From: an uncultured Candidatus Saccharibacteria bacterium
GTDB lineage: Bacteria; Patescibacteriota; Minisyncoccia; RBG-13-40-8-A
Assembly (NCBI GenBank): GCA_965231075.1
Contig: OZ246412.1
Coordinates: 321,587 to 385,586 of the forward strand
DNA length: 64,000 nt
Reading direction: 5' to 3'
Made by a program: the position numbers and the translations under genes. Shown here in pieces: positions 18,067-27,134 of the stretch (the first letter of the stretch is position 1; each line of letters starts with the position of its first letter). The notes under the pieces are model-generated. The model made no database searches, had not been told where the DNA came from, and saw only the letters and a program-made list of their open reading frames with translations.

Positions 18067-19967
18067 AGCAATATCATTTAAAAGTTTTCGGATGCCAAAT
18101 GAACGAAAGCGATTCTCAAAGAATCGCTTCGTTTTTAGAACAACAAAATTATCGGACTACAGATAAGATGGAAAACGCAGACCTAATTGTAATCACTGCT
18201 TGCTCTGTGCGACAAAGTGCAATTGATAGGGTTTTTGGTTTAAACAGAAAATTCAGACAATTAAAAGCGAAAAAAATATTGACTGGGTGCGTAATTAAGA
18301 CAGATAAACCCAAGTTCTTAAAATTCTTTGATGAAGTTTTATCTATTGATGAATTATTGGGGAAAAATTATTTAGAGCTACAACCGAAAAATTCAAACAT
18401 TAAATCGGCTTACGTGCCAATAATGACCGGGTGTAATAATTTTTGCACTTACTGTGCCGTCCCCTACACTCGTGGAAGAGAGGTTTCTAGGCCAGCAAAA
18501 AATATCATTACAGAAATAGTTAAACTAATCAAAAATGGTTGCAAAGAAATAATTTTATTAGGACAGAATGTTAATTCCTACAAAGGCGATAAAATTAATT
18601 TTCCCAAACTATTAAAAAGGATTTCTGATATTAAGGGTGATTTTACAATTAAATTCCTCACTTCTCACCCCAAAGATTTTTCTGAAGAACTAATTGATGT
18701 AATCGCTGGTTCTCCTAAAATTAGCCGAGAGATTCACTTGCCAGTGCAAAGTGGCGACAACAACATTCTCGAAAAAATGAATCGTAAATATACGCGCGAA
18801 CACTATATTAACTTAATTAAAAAAATAAAAAATAAAATTCCTGACGTAAGATTTACCACTGATGTTATTGTAGGTTTTCCTGGCGAAACAAAAAAACAAT
18901 TTGAAAATACGGTTAAATTATTTAAAGAAATAAATTTTGATTTGGCCTATATTAATAAATATTCAACCCGCCAAGGCACTGCTGCGGCAAAATTAGAAGA
19001 TAATGTTTCGCTTATTGAGAAAAAACGCAGATGGGAAGTTCTAGAAAAACTTGTAAATCAGAAGCCCAAGATAATTGTCGTCCTCGGTCCTACCGCCTCT
19101 GGTAAATCTAATTTAGCGGTAGAAATTGCTAAAAAATTTAACGGAGAGATAATTTCCGCTGATTCAAGACAAGTTTACAAGGGAATGGATATTGGAACAG
19201 GGAAAATTACCAAAAAAGAAATGTCTGGTGTCCCCCATTATTTATTAGACATTGCTAGTCCTCAGAAACAATTTAGTGTTGGAGAATATAAAAAATTGGC
19301 ACAAAAAGCAATAAATAAAATTATCTCTAAGAACAAAGTACCAATCATTTGTGGAGGTACGGGGTTTTATATCCAAGCCATAACTGAAAATTTGGATATT
19401 CCTGAAGTGGCTCCGGACTGGAAACTGAGAAAACAATTAGAAAAAAGGACAACTGAAAAATTATTAGAACAATTAAAAAAACTTGATCCAGACAGAGCAA
19501 GCAGTATTGATGTTAAAAATCGTCGAAGATTAATTAGAGCAATTGAAATTGTTCTAAAAACAGGGAGGCCGGTGCCACCATTAAATTATGCCGCCCGAGG
19601 CGGACCAGCCGTAGGTTGGGATGTTTTATATATCGGCATTAAAAAATCAATTCCCGAATTAAAAAAATTAATTCATAAACGATTAATTAAACGAATTAAC
19701 GCAGGAATGATTGGAGAAATAAAAAAACTCCACGATCGAGGAGTTAATTGGAATCGTTTAGATGATTTTGGCCTAGAATATCGCTATGTAGCACGTTATC
19801 TGCAAAGAATATTGACCAAAGAGCAAATGATTGAACAATTAGAACAGCAAATTATCAACTTCGCCAAACGTCAAATGACCTGGTTTAAAAAATATCCAGG
19901 CAAAAAAATAAACTGGGTCTTAGGCCCAGTTCAAGCTAAAAATCTCATAAAAAGATTTCTAGAATAA
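18063..19967 (+). CDS. Fusion protein: MiaB-like radical-SAM methylthiotransferase (N-terminal, about 1-330) plus tRNA dimethylallyltransferase MiaA (C-terminal, about 335-634)
   Basis: N-terminus HLKVFGCQMNESDSQ plus CNNFCTYCAVPYTRG radical-SAM motif. The TRAM domain is replaced by IIVVLGPTASGKSNLAVEIAKKFNGEIISADSRQVYKGMDIGTGK, the MiaA P-loop. One uninterrupted 634-codon ORF. Confidence 0.75.
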   Translation: MKQYHLKVFGCQMNESDSQRIASFLEQQNYRTTDKMENADLIVITACSVRQSAIDRVFGLNRKFRQLKAKKILTGCVIKTDKPKFLKFFDEVLSIDELLGKNYLELQPKNSNIKSAYVPIMTGCNNFCTYCAVPYTRGREVSRPAKNIITEIVKLIKNGCKEIILLGQNVNSYKGDKINFPKLLKRISDIKGDFTIKFLTSHPKDFSEELIDVIAGSPKISREIHLPVQSGDNNILEKMNRKYTREHYINLIKKIKNKIPDVRFTTDVIVGFPGETKKQFENTVKLFKEINFDLAYINKYSTRQGTAAAKLEDNVSLIEKKRRWEVLEKLVNQKPKIIVVLGPTASGKSNLAVEIAKKFNGEIISADSRQVYKGMDIGTGKITKKEMSGVPHYLLDIASPQKQFSVGEYKKLAQKAINKIISKNKVPIICGGTGFYIQAITENLDIPEVAPDWKLRKQLEKRTTEKLLEQLKKLDPDRASSIDVKNRRRLIRAIEIVLKTGRPVPPLNYAARGGPAVGWDVLYIGIKKSIPELKKLIHKRLIKRINAGMIGEIKKLHDRGVNWNRLDDFGLEYRYVARYLQRILTKEQMIEQLEQQIINFAKRQMTWFKKYPGKKINWVLGPVQAKNLIKRFLE

Positions 19968-19969
19968 CC

Positions 19970-20167
19970 TTATTCTTCTAGTTTTTTTAGTTTTATCCGT
20001 AATTCTGCTAATTCGTTTAGTCGTGGATCTGGATATTTGTGCTGAACGCCAAGTTTCTTAGACATTTTTTCGTCTGCACTTATTGCTTCTTGCAATTTTT
20101 CTATTTCGTCAATTATTCGATTAATCTCCTCTATCCTTGATAACGAGGGAAATCCTTCTTTCTTCAT
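19970..20167 (-). CDS. Small coiled-coil protein, hypothetical
   Basis: 65-aa ORF immediately downstream of gatB; no recognisable GatC motifs. Confidence 0.35.
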   Translation of the reverse strand: MKKEGFPSLSRIEEINRIIDEIEKLQEAISADEKMSKKLGVQHKYPDPRLNELAELRIKLKKLEE

Positions 20168-20173
20168 ATAGAT

Positions 20174-21595
20174 TTATTTTAATTTTCTAATAATTATTTC
20201 TGCCGCAATATTTGGATTGGCCTTGCCTTTTGATTCTTTCATTGCTAAGCCAATTAAAAACTGTAACGCAGTCCCCTTGCCTTTTTTGTAATCCTCAACT
20301 GGTTGAGGGTTATTTTTTATTATCTTATCGATGATCTCATCCATTTCTCCTGTATCGGTCATTTGTTTTAAATTTTTTAACTCCACAATTTGTGATGGAT
20401 CGCCTCCAGTTCTAAACATTTCTTTTAAAACTTCTTGCGCTCCACTCGAAGAAACGTCCCCAATAAATGTCATATAAATGAGTTCGGCAAAGTTTTCTGG
20501 TGTAATTTTTATCTCTCCAGTTATTGGCACAAATTTAGGGAATTCAGTAATAATATAATTTGCGCTCAACACAATTAATCGATCAATGTCAGTTTTAATC
20601 TTCCCACCTTCTAACCATCCCTTTAATTCACTTACGGTTTGTTCAAAAAATTCTGATAAATATTTAGATCCCACCAAAACGTCGGCATTTTGTTCCGACA
20701 ACTTGTATTCTTGCGTAAATCTTTCTTTCCTTGCAAATGGTAATTCGGGAATTTCTTGTTTTAATTTTTCTATGTCTTCTCTGCTAAAATTCATTGGTGG
20801 CAAGTCTGGTTCTGGAAAATATCGATAATCATCCGAAGTTTCTTTGATTCTTTGAGAAAAGGTTTCTCCTTTGGCATCGTTCCATCCACGCGTTTCGTGA
20901 ATAACTTTTTGGTCTTCTTCTAAAATCGCTTGCTGTCTAATAATTTCAAATTCAATCGCCTTTTCTACGGATCTAAATGAATTAAGATTTTTTACCTCAA
21001 CTTTTGTGCCCATGTTTAAAGAAATGTTTGCTTCCACGCGCATTTGTCCTTTTTCCATATCGGCATCAGAAATTCCTAAATATTTAAAAATTAATTGCAA
21101 GTCCTGCGCAAATTTCTTTGCTTGTTGAGCATTATGAATGTCTGGCTCCGTAACCAATTCCATCAAAGGAACGCCTGCACGATTATAATCAACTAAAGAA
21201 TAGTCCCCTTTATCGTGAATTGATTTACCAACATCTTCTTCTAAATGAATTCTTCTGATTCTAATATTGTCTAGTTTTCCTTCATAACACAATGGTGATT
21301 CGAATTGTGTAATTTGGTATCCCTTCGGCAAATCGGGATAAAAATAATTCTTTCTCTCGAACCAAGTTTTTTCGTTAATTTTACAATTTAAGGCCAATCC
21401 TGCTTTAATCACATCGTGTGCTGCTTCTTCATTAATGACTGGCATCGAACCCGGTTGCGCAGTACAAACTGGGCAAATATTAACATTGGGATCCTTTTGT
21501 AAAGGATCATTCAAACAAGAACAAAACATTTTCGTTTTGGTCTTTAATTCCACGTGAATTTCTAATCCAATTGTCGGCTCATATTTATTTGCCAT
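20174..21595 (-). CDS. gatB: Asp-tRNA(Asn)/Glu-tRNA(Gln) amidotransferase subunit B
   Basis: N-terminus EPTIGLEIHVELKTKTKMFCSC plus a full-length GatB core. Confidence 0.85.
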   Translation of the reverse strand: MANKYEPTIGLEIHVELKTKTKMFCSCLNDPLQKDPNVNICPVCTAQPGSMPVINEEAAHDVIKAGLALNCKINEKTWFERKNYFYPDLPKGYQITQFESPLCYEGKLDNIRIRRIHLEEDVGKSIHDKGDYSLVDYNRAGVPLMELVTEPDIHNAQQAKKFAQDLQLIFKYLGISDADMEKGQMRVEANISLNMGTKVEVKNLNSFRSVEKAIEFEIIRQQAILEEDQKVIHETRGWNDAKGETFSQRIKETSDDYRYFPEPDLPPMNFSREDIEKLKQEIPELPFARKERFTQEYKLSEQNADVLVGSKYLSEFFEQTVSELKGWLEGGKIKTDIDRLIVLSANYIITEFPKFVPITGEIKITPENFAELIYMTFIGDVSSSGAQEVLKEMFRTGGDPSQIVELKNLKQMTDTGEMDEIIDKIIKNNPQPVEDYKKGKGTALQFLIGLAMKESKGKANPNIAAEIIIRKLK

Positions 21596-21596
21596 A

Positions 21597-22136
21597 TTAT
21601 ACCTGTTTTTCTTTTTTCTTGGTTGTTACTCGACCGCCTTGCCACTGACCACGATAAAGATGTGACTTGCCATCAACTTTAAAAAACATCGCGTGTGCAA
21701 CTCTTGCGCCAAGTTCAATTTCAACATCAACCGGACCAATGTTAGCGATTCCAAAAGTTAATTCTCCGCAATAACCAGGAGCACAATTGCCGGTAATAAT
21801 TGTCATCCCTGAACGAAATATAGTTGTACGTGGCCTAAACAAAATTACAATATCTTTTGGCGTGTTTACTTTCTCAACTGTCTTCATTAAATAATATGTG
21901 CCAGGTTTAAATAAAAATTTCTCTTTTTTGTTTCCGTTAAACTTCGCCAATAATTTAATTTCTGGGGTTTTTCTCTCTTCGATACCCAAAAATGATTTTC
22001 CTTCTAATTGGTAAATTTCGCCCAATCTCAAATCAAAACCTGCACCCTCCGGATTTTCCAACTCCCTTTGGCATAAATTTTCTACCAATTTTTTATCTTT
22101 GACCAACTTATGTAATTTATCAATTCCTAAAATCAT
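21597..22136 (-). CDS. dcd: dCTP deaminase (dUTPase superfamily)
   Basis: N-terminal MILGIDKL...DLRLG, C-terminal RSGMTIITGNCAPGYCGELTFGI, collinear with E. coli Dcd. AT-rich native composition. Confidence 0.65.
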   Translation of the reverse strand: MILGIDKLHKLVKDKKLVENLCQRELENPEGAGFDLRLGEIYQLEGKSFLGIEERKTPEIKLLAKFNGNKKEKFLFKPGTYYLMKTVEKVNTPKDIVILFRPRTTIFRSGMTIITGNCAPGYCGELTFGIANIGPVDVEIELGARVAHAMFFKVDGKSHLYRGQWQGGRVTTKKKEKQV

Positions 22137-22154
22137 ATATCTATATCTTATATT

Positions 22155-22200
22155 AAAATAATAAAAAAATGAAGTCCTACCGGCTATCCGGTAGGACTTC
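22155..22200 (-). terminator. Terminator of the GC-rich dCMP-deaminase/thyX cassette
   Basis: GAAGTCCTACCGG-CTAT-CCGGTAGGACTTC followed by T7ATTATTTT on the minus strand. Confidence 0.7.
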
Positions 22201-22208
22201 TTCGATTT

Positions 22209-22487
22209 TTAAAGACCGAGTCGTTTTTTGAGTTCCTCCTCACCCTCAATCCTGATAGGATCAATCTTAAACGGTTCGCCCTCTAGTGGTTCACAGATAC
22301 TTTCTCCTGATCTGCGTAAATCACAGAGTTTGCCGTTTATCCCGTGTTCCAGGACTTTTGGGCTTACCCCCGTCCCCATGTCGATGTCTTCGACGGTTTC
22401 ACCGTGTACACTGCAACAGGAATAGGTTCCATCCGGTTCTGGCTTGAAAAACAATCGATACATGCAGGTAAAGCACTGTCCTTTCAT
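22209..22487 (-). CDS. 92-aa Cys-rich protein of unknown function, translationally coupled to thyX (ATGA overlap); GC-rich
   Basis: MKGQCFTCMYRLF...YSCCSVHGETVED...; seven Cys, GC-rich codons. Confidence 0.45.
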   Translation of the reverse strand: MKGQCFTCMYRLFFKPEPDGTYSCCSVHGETVEDIDMGTGVSPKVLEHGINGKLCDLRRSGESICEPLEGEPFKIDPIRIEGEEELKKRLGL

Positions 22488-23200
22488 TTCGAGTACCCCT
22501 TTGTTGCCATTTCCTGAAAATCCTTAAACAAAGATGGTGCTTGCTGCATCACGATATCGTAAAACAGTTTATGGAGCCGCCGAATCTCCCACTCGGCATC
22601 TTGAGCCAATCGAAGATTAAACAGATACCGCAGAGATCTGGCGTTGCAATAAGCGTAGCATGGCGTGCACCAGAAAACCGGCATGTTTTTCCTCGAATCT
22701 TGCTTTGTGGCACCCAGAGCGATTTTGGAATCATATTCCGCGATTGCTCTTTTGGCGGTTTTTTCATCGATGCTCAGAAGTTGTTTGACCGAATCTTCAT
22801 CTTCGACGTAATGATAGGTATTGTAAACAAATCTGTTCTGACTTGCCGAGATAAATCTCGTGCTTCTGAATGTCCATCCAATACCGATTCTGTGCCGAAC
22901 CCATTGGTTCTGTAGACTTTTGGTAATACCGTCTACGTCAAAGACGAAAGATAGTGCCTCAAGAGGAGTGTGATGCCCCTTCTTGATTAGCCACTCGTTC
23001 AGTCTTAGGTCGTCGATTATTGTCCCCAAAGATTCGTGGCTTCTTCGTGCGGTGAAGGCCGGAAGAGTCTCGGGTGTAACCAACTCGATGTACCTGCCAA
23101 CCGGTTGTGTCATTGCCACCAATTCAGCAACCGGTTCGACGTTTCTGAACAACCCTTCCCTCAAATGTTTCCATTTGTCGATGTCCGCGTATTCGATCAT
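22484..23200 (-). CDS. thyX: Flavin-dependent thymidylate synthase
   Basis: RHRIGIGWTFRSTR (ThyX RHR...S signature), 238 aa, GC-rich. Confidence 0.8.
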   Translation of the reverse strand: MIEYADIDKWKHLREGLFRNVEPVAELVAMTQPVGRYIELVTPETLPAFTARRSHESLGTIIDDLRLNEWLIKKGHHTPLEALSFVFDVDGITKSLQNQWVRHRIGIGWTFRSTRFISASQNRFVYNTYHYVEDEDSVKQLLSIDEKTAKRAIAEYDSKIALGATKQDSRKNMPVFWCTPCYAYCNARSLRYLFNLRLAQDAEWEIRRLHKLFYDIVMQQAPSLFKDFQEMATKGYSK

Positions 23201-23201
23201 G

Positions 23202-23663
23202 TTAAACCTCCTCAGTATCGGTGATTTGTATCAATTCGATGCCAACTCCGGCAAAAAGTTCGGAAACCTGCGGAAACTCTTCTTCATAGCGCTTGACGTA
23301 AAAAACTCTTTTGACGCCCAGGTTGTTAAGATGCTTGGCACAGTCGTAACACGGCGAATAAGTGCAATAGAGATCGCAATCCGATAAATTAATGCCATTT
23401 TTCGCGGCATTTACAATGGCATTCATTTCTGCGTGAGCACCTCTGCACCTTTTTGATCCTGAAGGAAGAAATTTTCCATCGACTTTTTTGGCGCACCCCA
23501 CCGCGTCACAGTGTTTATCGCCGGCAGTTGGACCATTATAGCCAACCTGCAAGAGTTGCTTTCCACGAACAAAAACGGCGCCAATTTGATAAAGCTGACA
23601 TCTTGATTTTTTTGCCAGAAGATTAACCATCTCCACGAATAGTTTCTGCCAAGAAATAGCCAT
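23202..23663 (-). CDS. dCMP deaminase (cytidine/deoxycytidylate deaminase family)
   Basis: HAEMNAI zinc motif and SPCYDCAK second zinc ligand pair; 153 aa; GC-rich. Confidence 0.8.
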   Translation of the reverse strand: MAISWQKLFVEMVNLLAKKSRCQLYQIGAVFVRGKQLLQVGYNGPTAGDKHCDAVGCAKKVDGKFLPSGSKRCRGAHAEMNAIVNAAKNGINLSDCDLYCTYSPCYDCAKHLNNLGVKRVFYVKRYEEEFPQVSELFAGVGIELIQITDTEEV

Positions 23664-23744
23664 GTTTTTTTGTCCTTTCTTGTTAAATTGTAAGGAGCTT
23701 TCCCCCTTTATTTATAAAAATCTCATCTTATCAATGAGATTTTT

Positions 23745-23773
23745 ATAATATCAAATTAAATTAATAATATCAA
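23745..23773 (-). promoter_or_regulatory. Cassette promoter TTGATA-N17-TATTAT, followed by a 5'-UTR hairpin
   Basis: -35 at 23768-23773, -10 at 23745-23750. The hairpin AAAATCTCAT-TGATAAG-ATGAGATTTT (23716-23745) sits in the leader. The promoter overlaps the 3' end of trxB. Confidence 0.5.
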
Positions 23774-24684
23774 GCTTTATTTTTTAAATAATCCGTCGCT
23801 GCTAACATTGCTTTTGCGCCTTCACCACAAGCAATTGTAATTTGTTCATATTTAATATCAGTAATATCGCCAGCAGCAAATAGTCCCGGCGTTTTTGTGT
23901 TGTTGTTTTTATCAATAACGATTTCGCCAACCTTATTTAATTCAACCCACTTTTCGGCAAATCCAACTTTCGCCGACATGCCCACAGAAATAAATACTCC
24001 ACCAACATTAATTTCCGAATCCTCGCCAGTTTTTCTGTCTTCATAAACTAAGCTCTCGACAAATTTTGTCCCCTTAATCTCCTTAACCGAAACATTGGTG
24101 ATAAATTCTACAATTCCACTTTGTGCTAATTTCTCTTTAGTTATTGGATCTCCTTTCATTTCTTCAAAAAATTCTAAAATGTAAACTTTCTTGGCATATT
24201 TAATCATGTCTAATGCAACTCCAAACCCAGCATTACCACCTCCGATTACTGCCACATCTTTGTCTTTAAACATTGGCGCATCACAAGTAGAACAAATACT
24301 TACCCCTTTACCTTTAAATTGATCTTCTCCGGGAATATTTAATGATCGAGGAATCTTGCCGGTTGCAATCACCACTGTCCTGGCTTCGTATTTTTCTTCG
24401 CCATCATTAATTATAAAATTATCACCGTTTTTATCTAGATCAATAACTTCTTTGTTTTCTTTAATTTCTATTTCAAAGTTCTTCAAATGTTCGGTCATTT
24501 GCTTCATTAAATCCATTCCGGAAATTTTCTTAATTCCTGGCCAATTTTCAATTTCAATCGCTTTAGTAACCTGACCACCCCATTCTTTGGTGATTAAAAG
24601 TGTTTTTAATTTTTTTCTGGCAGCATAAATTCCCGCCGTAATTCCAGCCGGTCCCCCGCCGATAATTATTACATCGTAAATCAT
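23770..24684 (-). CDS. trxB: Thioredoxin reductase
   Basis: VIIIGGGPAGITAGIYAAR FAD motif and CSTCDAP redox-active site. Confidence 0.85.
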   Translation of the reverse strand: MIYDVIIIGGGPAGITAGIYAARKKLKTLLITKEWGGQVTKAIEIENWPGIKKISGMDLMKQMTEHLKNFEIEIKENKEVIDLDKNGDNFIINDGEEKYEARTVVIATGKIPRSLNIPGEDQFKGKGVSICSTCDAPMFKDKDVAVIGGGNAGFGVALDMIKYAKKVYILEFFEEMKGDPITKEKLAQSGIVEFITNVSVKEIKGTKFVESLVYEDRKTGEDSEINVGGVFISVGMSAKVGFAEKWVELNKVGEIVIDKNNNTKTPGLFAAGDITDIKYEQITIACGEGAKAMLAATDYLKNKA

Positions 24685-24685
24685 A

Positions 24686-24931
24686 TTATTTTATGTTTAA
24701 CAATTGGTTTATTCGTTCTTGATTAAATCCAATAATAATCTCTCCATTAATTTCCGCTACTGGCACTCCGTATTGACCAGATTTTTCAATCATTTCTTTT
24801 TGTGCTTCTAAATTTTGAGAAACATCAATATATTCGAACTCAACATTGTGTTCCTGAAGATAACTTTTCAACGCCACACAATATGGACAGGTTGGTGTTG
24901 AAAATACGCGTACTTTTGGTTTTTGTTCCAT
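24686..24931 (-). CDS. Glutaredoxin-like (NrdH/YruB-type) small redox protein
   Basis: 81 aa, CPYC active site. Confidence 0.7.
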   Translation of the reverse strand: MEQKPKVRVFSTPTCPYCVALKSYLQEHNVEFEYIDVSQNLEAQKEMIEKSGQYGVPVAEINGEIIIGFNQERINQLLNIK

Positions 24932-25356
24932 TATATTTTTATACCTTCTTTTATTTTGTTCATTAAATCATCGACCATTTTTTCAAGTTGTTGTTTTAAA
25001 CTTTCTTTCCCTTTATCCATAGCCTTTTGAATTTCTTTATTTAAAGCGTCTTTGGCTTTATTTAAATATGTTTGATAAATATTTTTTAATTTTTCGGCTA
25101 TTTCTGGTTTACCAGCAGCAATCATTTGCTTTATTTCTTCTGCTCTTTGTTCGGCAAAAACCTGATATTTCTCTGCTCTTTTTTGTGCGTCAAATGTAAA
25201 TATTAATACAATTTTCTCCCACCAAACTTTCAAAAAATATAATTTGCTGTCTGGACTAATGTTAGGACCGGAAAGATTATCAGAGGTCGCCGCCAACACG
25301 CCACTTGCGATTACAAAAAAACCAACTAAAACTATTAAAATAATTGTTTTTTTCAT
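24931..25356 (-). CDS. Secreted coiled-coil protein, hypothetical
   Basis: Signal peptide plus K/E-rich helices. Confidence 0.45.
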   Translation of the reverse strand: MKKTIILIVLVGFFVIASGVLAATSDNLSGPNISPDSKLYFLKVWWEKIVLIFTFDAQKRAEKYQVFAEQRAEEIKQMIAAGKPEIAEKLKNIYQTYLNKAKDALNKEIQKAMDKGKESLKQQLEKMVDDLMNKIKEGIKI

Positions 25357-25377
25357 ACGATTTTATTATATCACAAA

Positions 25378-25424
25378 TAAAAAACAAAATAAAAAGAGGG
25401 TGGAACCTTGCGGAACCACCCTCG
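25378..25424 (-). terminator. Terminator of the 25459-26034 cassette
   Basis: GAGGGTGG...CCACCCTC stem followed by T5ATTTTGTTTT on the minus strand. Confidence 0.6.
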
Positions 25425-25458
25425 TGCTTTGCCTTAAAAGAACACGTCTGTTCAGCGT

Positions 25459-26034
25459 TCAAAGCTTAACGCTGAAACTCGCTTCTCCGGTCCAGCCAGA
25501 GTTGATCGTGTCCCAAGCGAACCAGAACTGGATCGCCCCGAACTTGACCGTAGGACCGATTTGGAAGAAAATCGTCTTTTCTCCAAACGTCCCGCAACCG
25601 GACCAGCGGAGACCCCAGCCGTCCTTGCCAACCGTGTGACGAACGAACCAGATCCCCTTACCATCGCGGTCGATCCCAACTTCGTTGACGAACGCCCCGA
25701 ACAGGCCGAAGGCCGAAATCACGGGCGTCACATCCATGGTCACGGAATTGACCAATTCCTTGGTCTTCTTCGCGGCCAGATTGAAGTGGGGACCAATGGC
25801 TACCTGGACCGATCCGATCTTGCCCAGCTTGAATGCCGGGGGACCGAATTTGGTCAGCAGAGACCCGGACCCGGGCCAGGTCAGCATGAAGTAGTAGTTC
25901 ATGCCCTTAGGCGCGTCGTGGAAATACCACGCATTCGCCTTCGAAGGAAAGACCTGGAACTGAGCCCGGTCTTCCGCCACGGCCATCGGAACCATGAACA
26001 GGACGAGCAGAACAACGATCATAAGATTTTTCAT
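25459..26034 (-). CDS. GC-rich secreted beta-rich protein (191 aa, signal peptide, aromatic/Gly-rich; ends ...FSVKL); alien cassette
   Basis: AGAGGAG SD, consensus promoter at 26074-26102, G/C codon bias. Alternating aromatic strands suggest a beta-barrel or beta-sandwich. Confidence 0.55.
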   Translation of the reverse strand: MKNLMIVVLLVLFMVPMAVAEDRAQFQVFPSKANAWYFHDAPKGMNYYFMLTWPGSGSLLTKFGPPAFKLGKIGSVQVAIGPHFNLAAKKTKELVNSVTMDVTPVISAFGLFGAFVNEVGIDRDGKGIWFVRHTVGKDGWGLRWSGCGTFGEKTIFFQIGPTVKFGAIQFWFAWDTINSGWTGEASFSVKL

Positions 26035-26073
26035 CAGAAACTCCTCTCTTGTTTAGTTGTAGGGTACTCTTAT

Positions 26074-26102
26074 ATTATACACCCGATTACATGATTTGTC
26101 AA
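26074..26102 (-). promoter_or_regulatory. Perfect consensus sigma-70 promoter TTGACA-N17-TATAAT
   Basis: Minus strand TTGACAAATCATGTAATCGGGTGTATAAT. Shares the CGGGTGTATAATAT core with the promoter at 60645-60673. Confidence 0.6.
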
Positions 26103-26129
26103 GCACATTAGTCGCGTTTCTGGTTTTAG

Positions 26130-26168
26130 AATAATTTAAAAAGAGGAGACCAACCATCTCCCCTTTTT
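26130..26168 (-). terminator. Terminator after the DsbA-like gene
   Basis: GGAGA-CCAACCA-TCTCC hairpin followed by a T-run on the minus strand. Confidence 0.4.
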
Positions 26169-26191
26169 AAGACTACTAACTATTTTATAAT

Positions 26192-27130
26192 TTATTCACA
26201 ACTCCCATCAGCCGTACTCGTGGTCGAACTTAAGGATTGTGAACATTCTGTTGGTTCGTCCTCAAATCCGGCACAAATTCCTGCCTTGTATCCCTCTGCG
26301 CTTCTTGCTCCGTTAAATTCTTTTTCGTTAATTAATAGCATTGGTGAGCCTTGCACTTCATATTTTTCGTTTAAAGCAACTTCTTCTTGTAGTAAATTAA
26401 TTGCTTCATCCTTTTGGCAGGTCTTGATTTTCGCAACATCTATTCCAATTGTCTTGGCAATTGGTTCCCAACAACTATCGACATTCCCTGAACTACAAGC
26501 ATTATTGATCTGTAAAACAAAATCCCAAAGCTTGTCTGACTGATATTTCTGCACACACAACTCTCTGACGCCTTGATTCAGCTCTTGAATTCCATGCATT
26601 GAACAATACTTGTTTTCTTTGTCTAGACAATAATTTGCACCACCACCATTATAATTACTATAGATCACATAATGCAACTTGATGTCTGCTTTGTCGCCCA
26701 ATAAATCTACAACTGGCGCCATTGCATCTTCGGCTTGATTGCCATAAGGGCAAAAACTCATCACAAATAACATTGCCTGCGATTTTTCTTTTTTAGGAAT
26801 ATCTTTGGTTACCTGCGTATTATCTTCTTCTGCGGGAGTAATTTCCGCTCCCTGGGGGAATAAAATTTTTCCATCCTTGGTAATATAGGTAAAATATTCT
26901 TGACCCTGTACGTCGATTTTAATCTTATAAACACCGCTCTGGCTGGTTATTTCTTTGGTGGTTGCTGTCGCTTGTCCTTGCAGTAAATTAGTGTTAATAA
27001 AATCAATTGCAATTTTATTTGCTTTATCTTTTGAAATCGTATTGCCATTTATATAATAAAGTCCGGCCGCAACCCCCAACAAGATTACAACCACAATGAC
27101 TGGTAATATAATTTTTTTTATTTTTTCCAT
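26192..27130 (-). CDS. Membrane-anchored thioredoxin-fold (DsbA-like) protein
   Basis: N-terminal TM helix; SFCPYG motif where a CxxC would be expected; multiple Cys in the C-terminal domain. Confidence 0.4.
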   Translation of the reverse strand: MEKIKKIILPVIVVVILLGVAAGLYYINGNTISKDKANKIAIDFINTNLLQGQATATTKEITSQSGVYKIKIDVQGQEYFTYITKDGKILFPQGAEITPAEEDNTQVTKDIPKKEKSQAMLFVMSFCPYGNQAEDAMAPVVDLLGDKADIKLHYVIYSNYNGGGANYCLDKENKYCSMHGIQELNQGVRELCVQKYQSDKLWDFVLQINNACSSGNVDSCWEPIAKTIGIDVAKIKTCQKDEAINLLQEEVALNEKYEVQGSPMLLINEKEFNGARSAEGYKAGICAGFEDEPTECSQSLSSTTSTADGSCE

Positions 27131-27134
27131 AAAT

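Noticed and set aside
18063-19967. MiaB-MiaA fusion as a sequencing frameshift artefact
   Set aside because: It cannot be excluded without reads. But the frame is continuous for 634 codons and the TRAM domain is cleanly replaced rather than truncated, so it is reported as a finding with that caveat.
19970-20167. 65-aa ORF next to gatB as GatC
   Set aside because: Sequence does not resemble GatC. Kept as hypothetical.
25452-26094. Overlapping GC-rich frames (25452-25679, 25561-26094, 25685-25894) around the 25459-26034 gene
   Set aside because: High GC produces long spurious frames on all strands. Only the minus-strand 191-aa frame has a signal peptide, an SD and a promoter.
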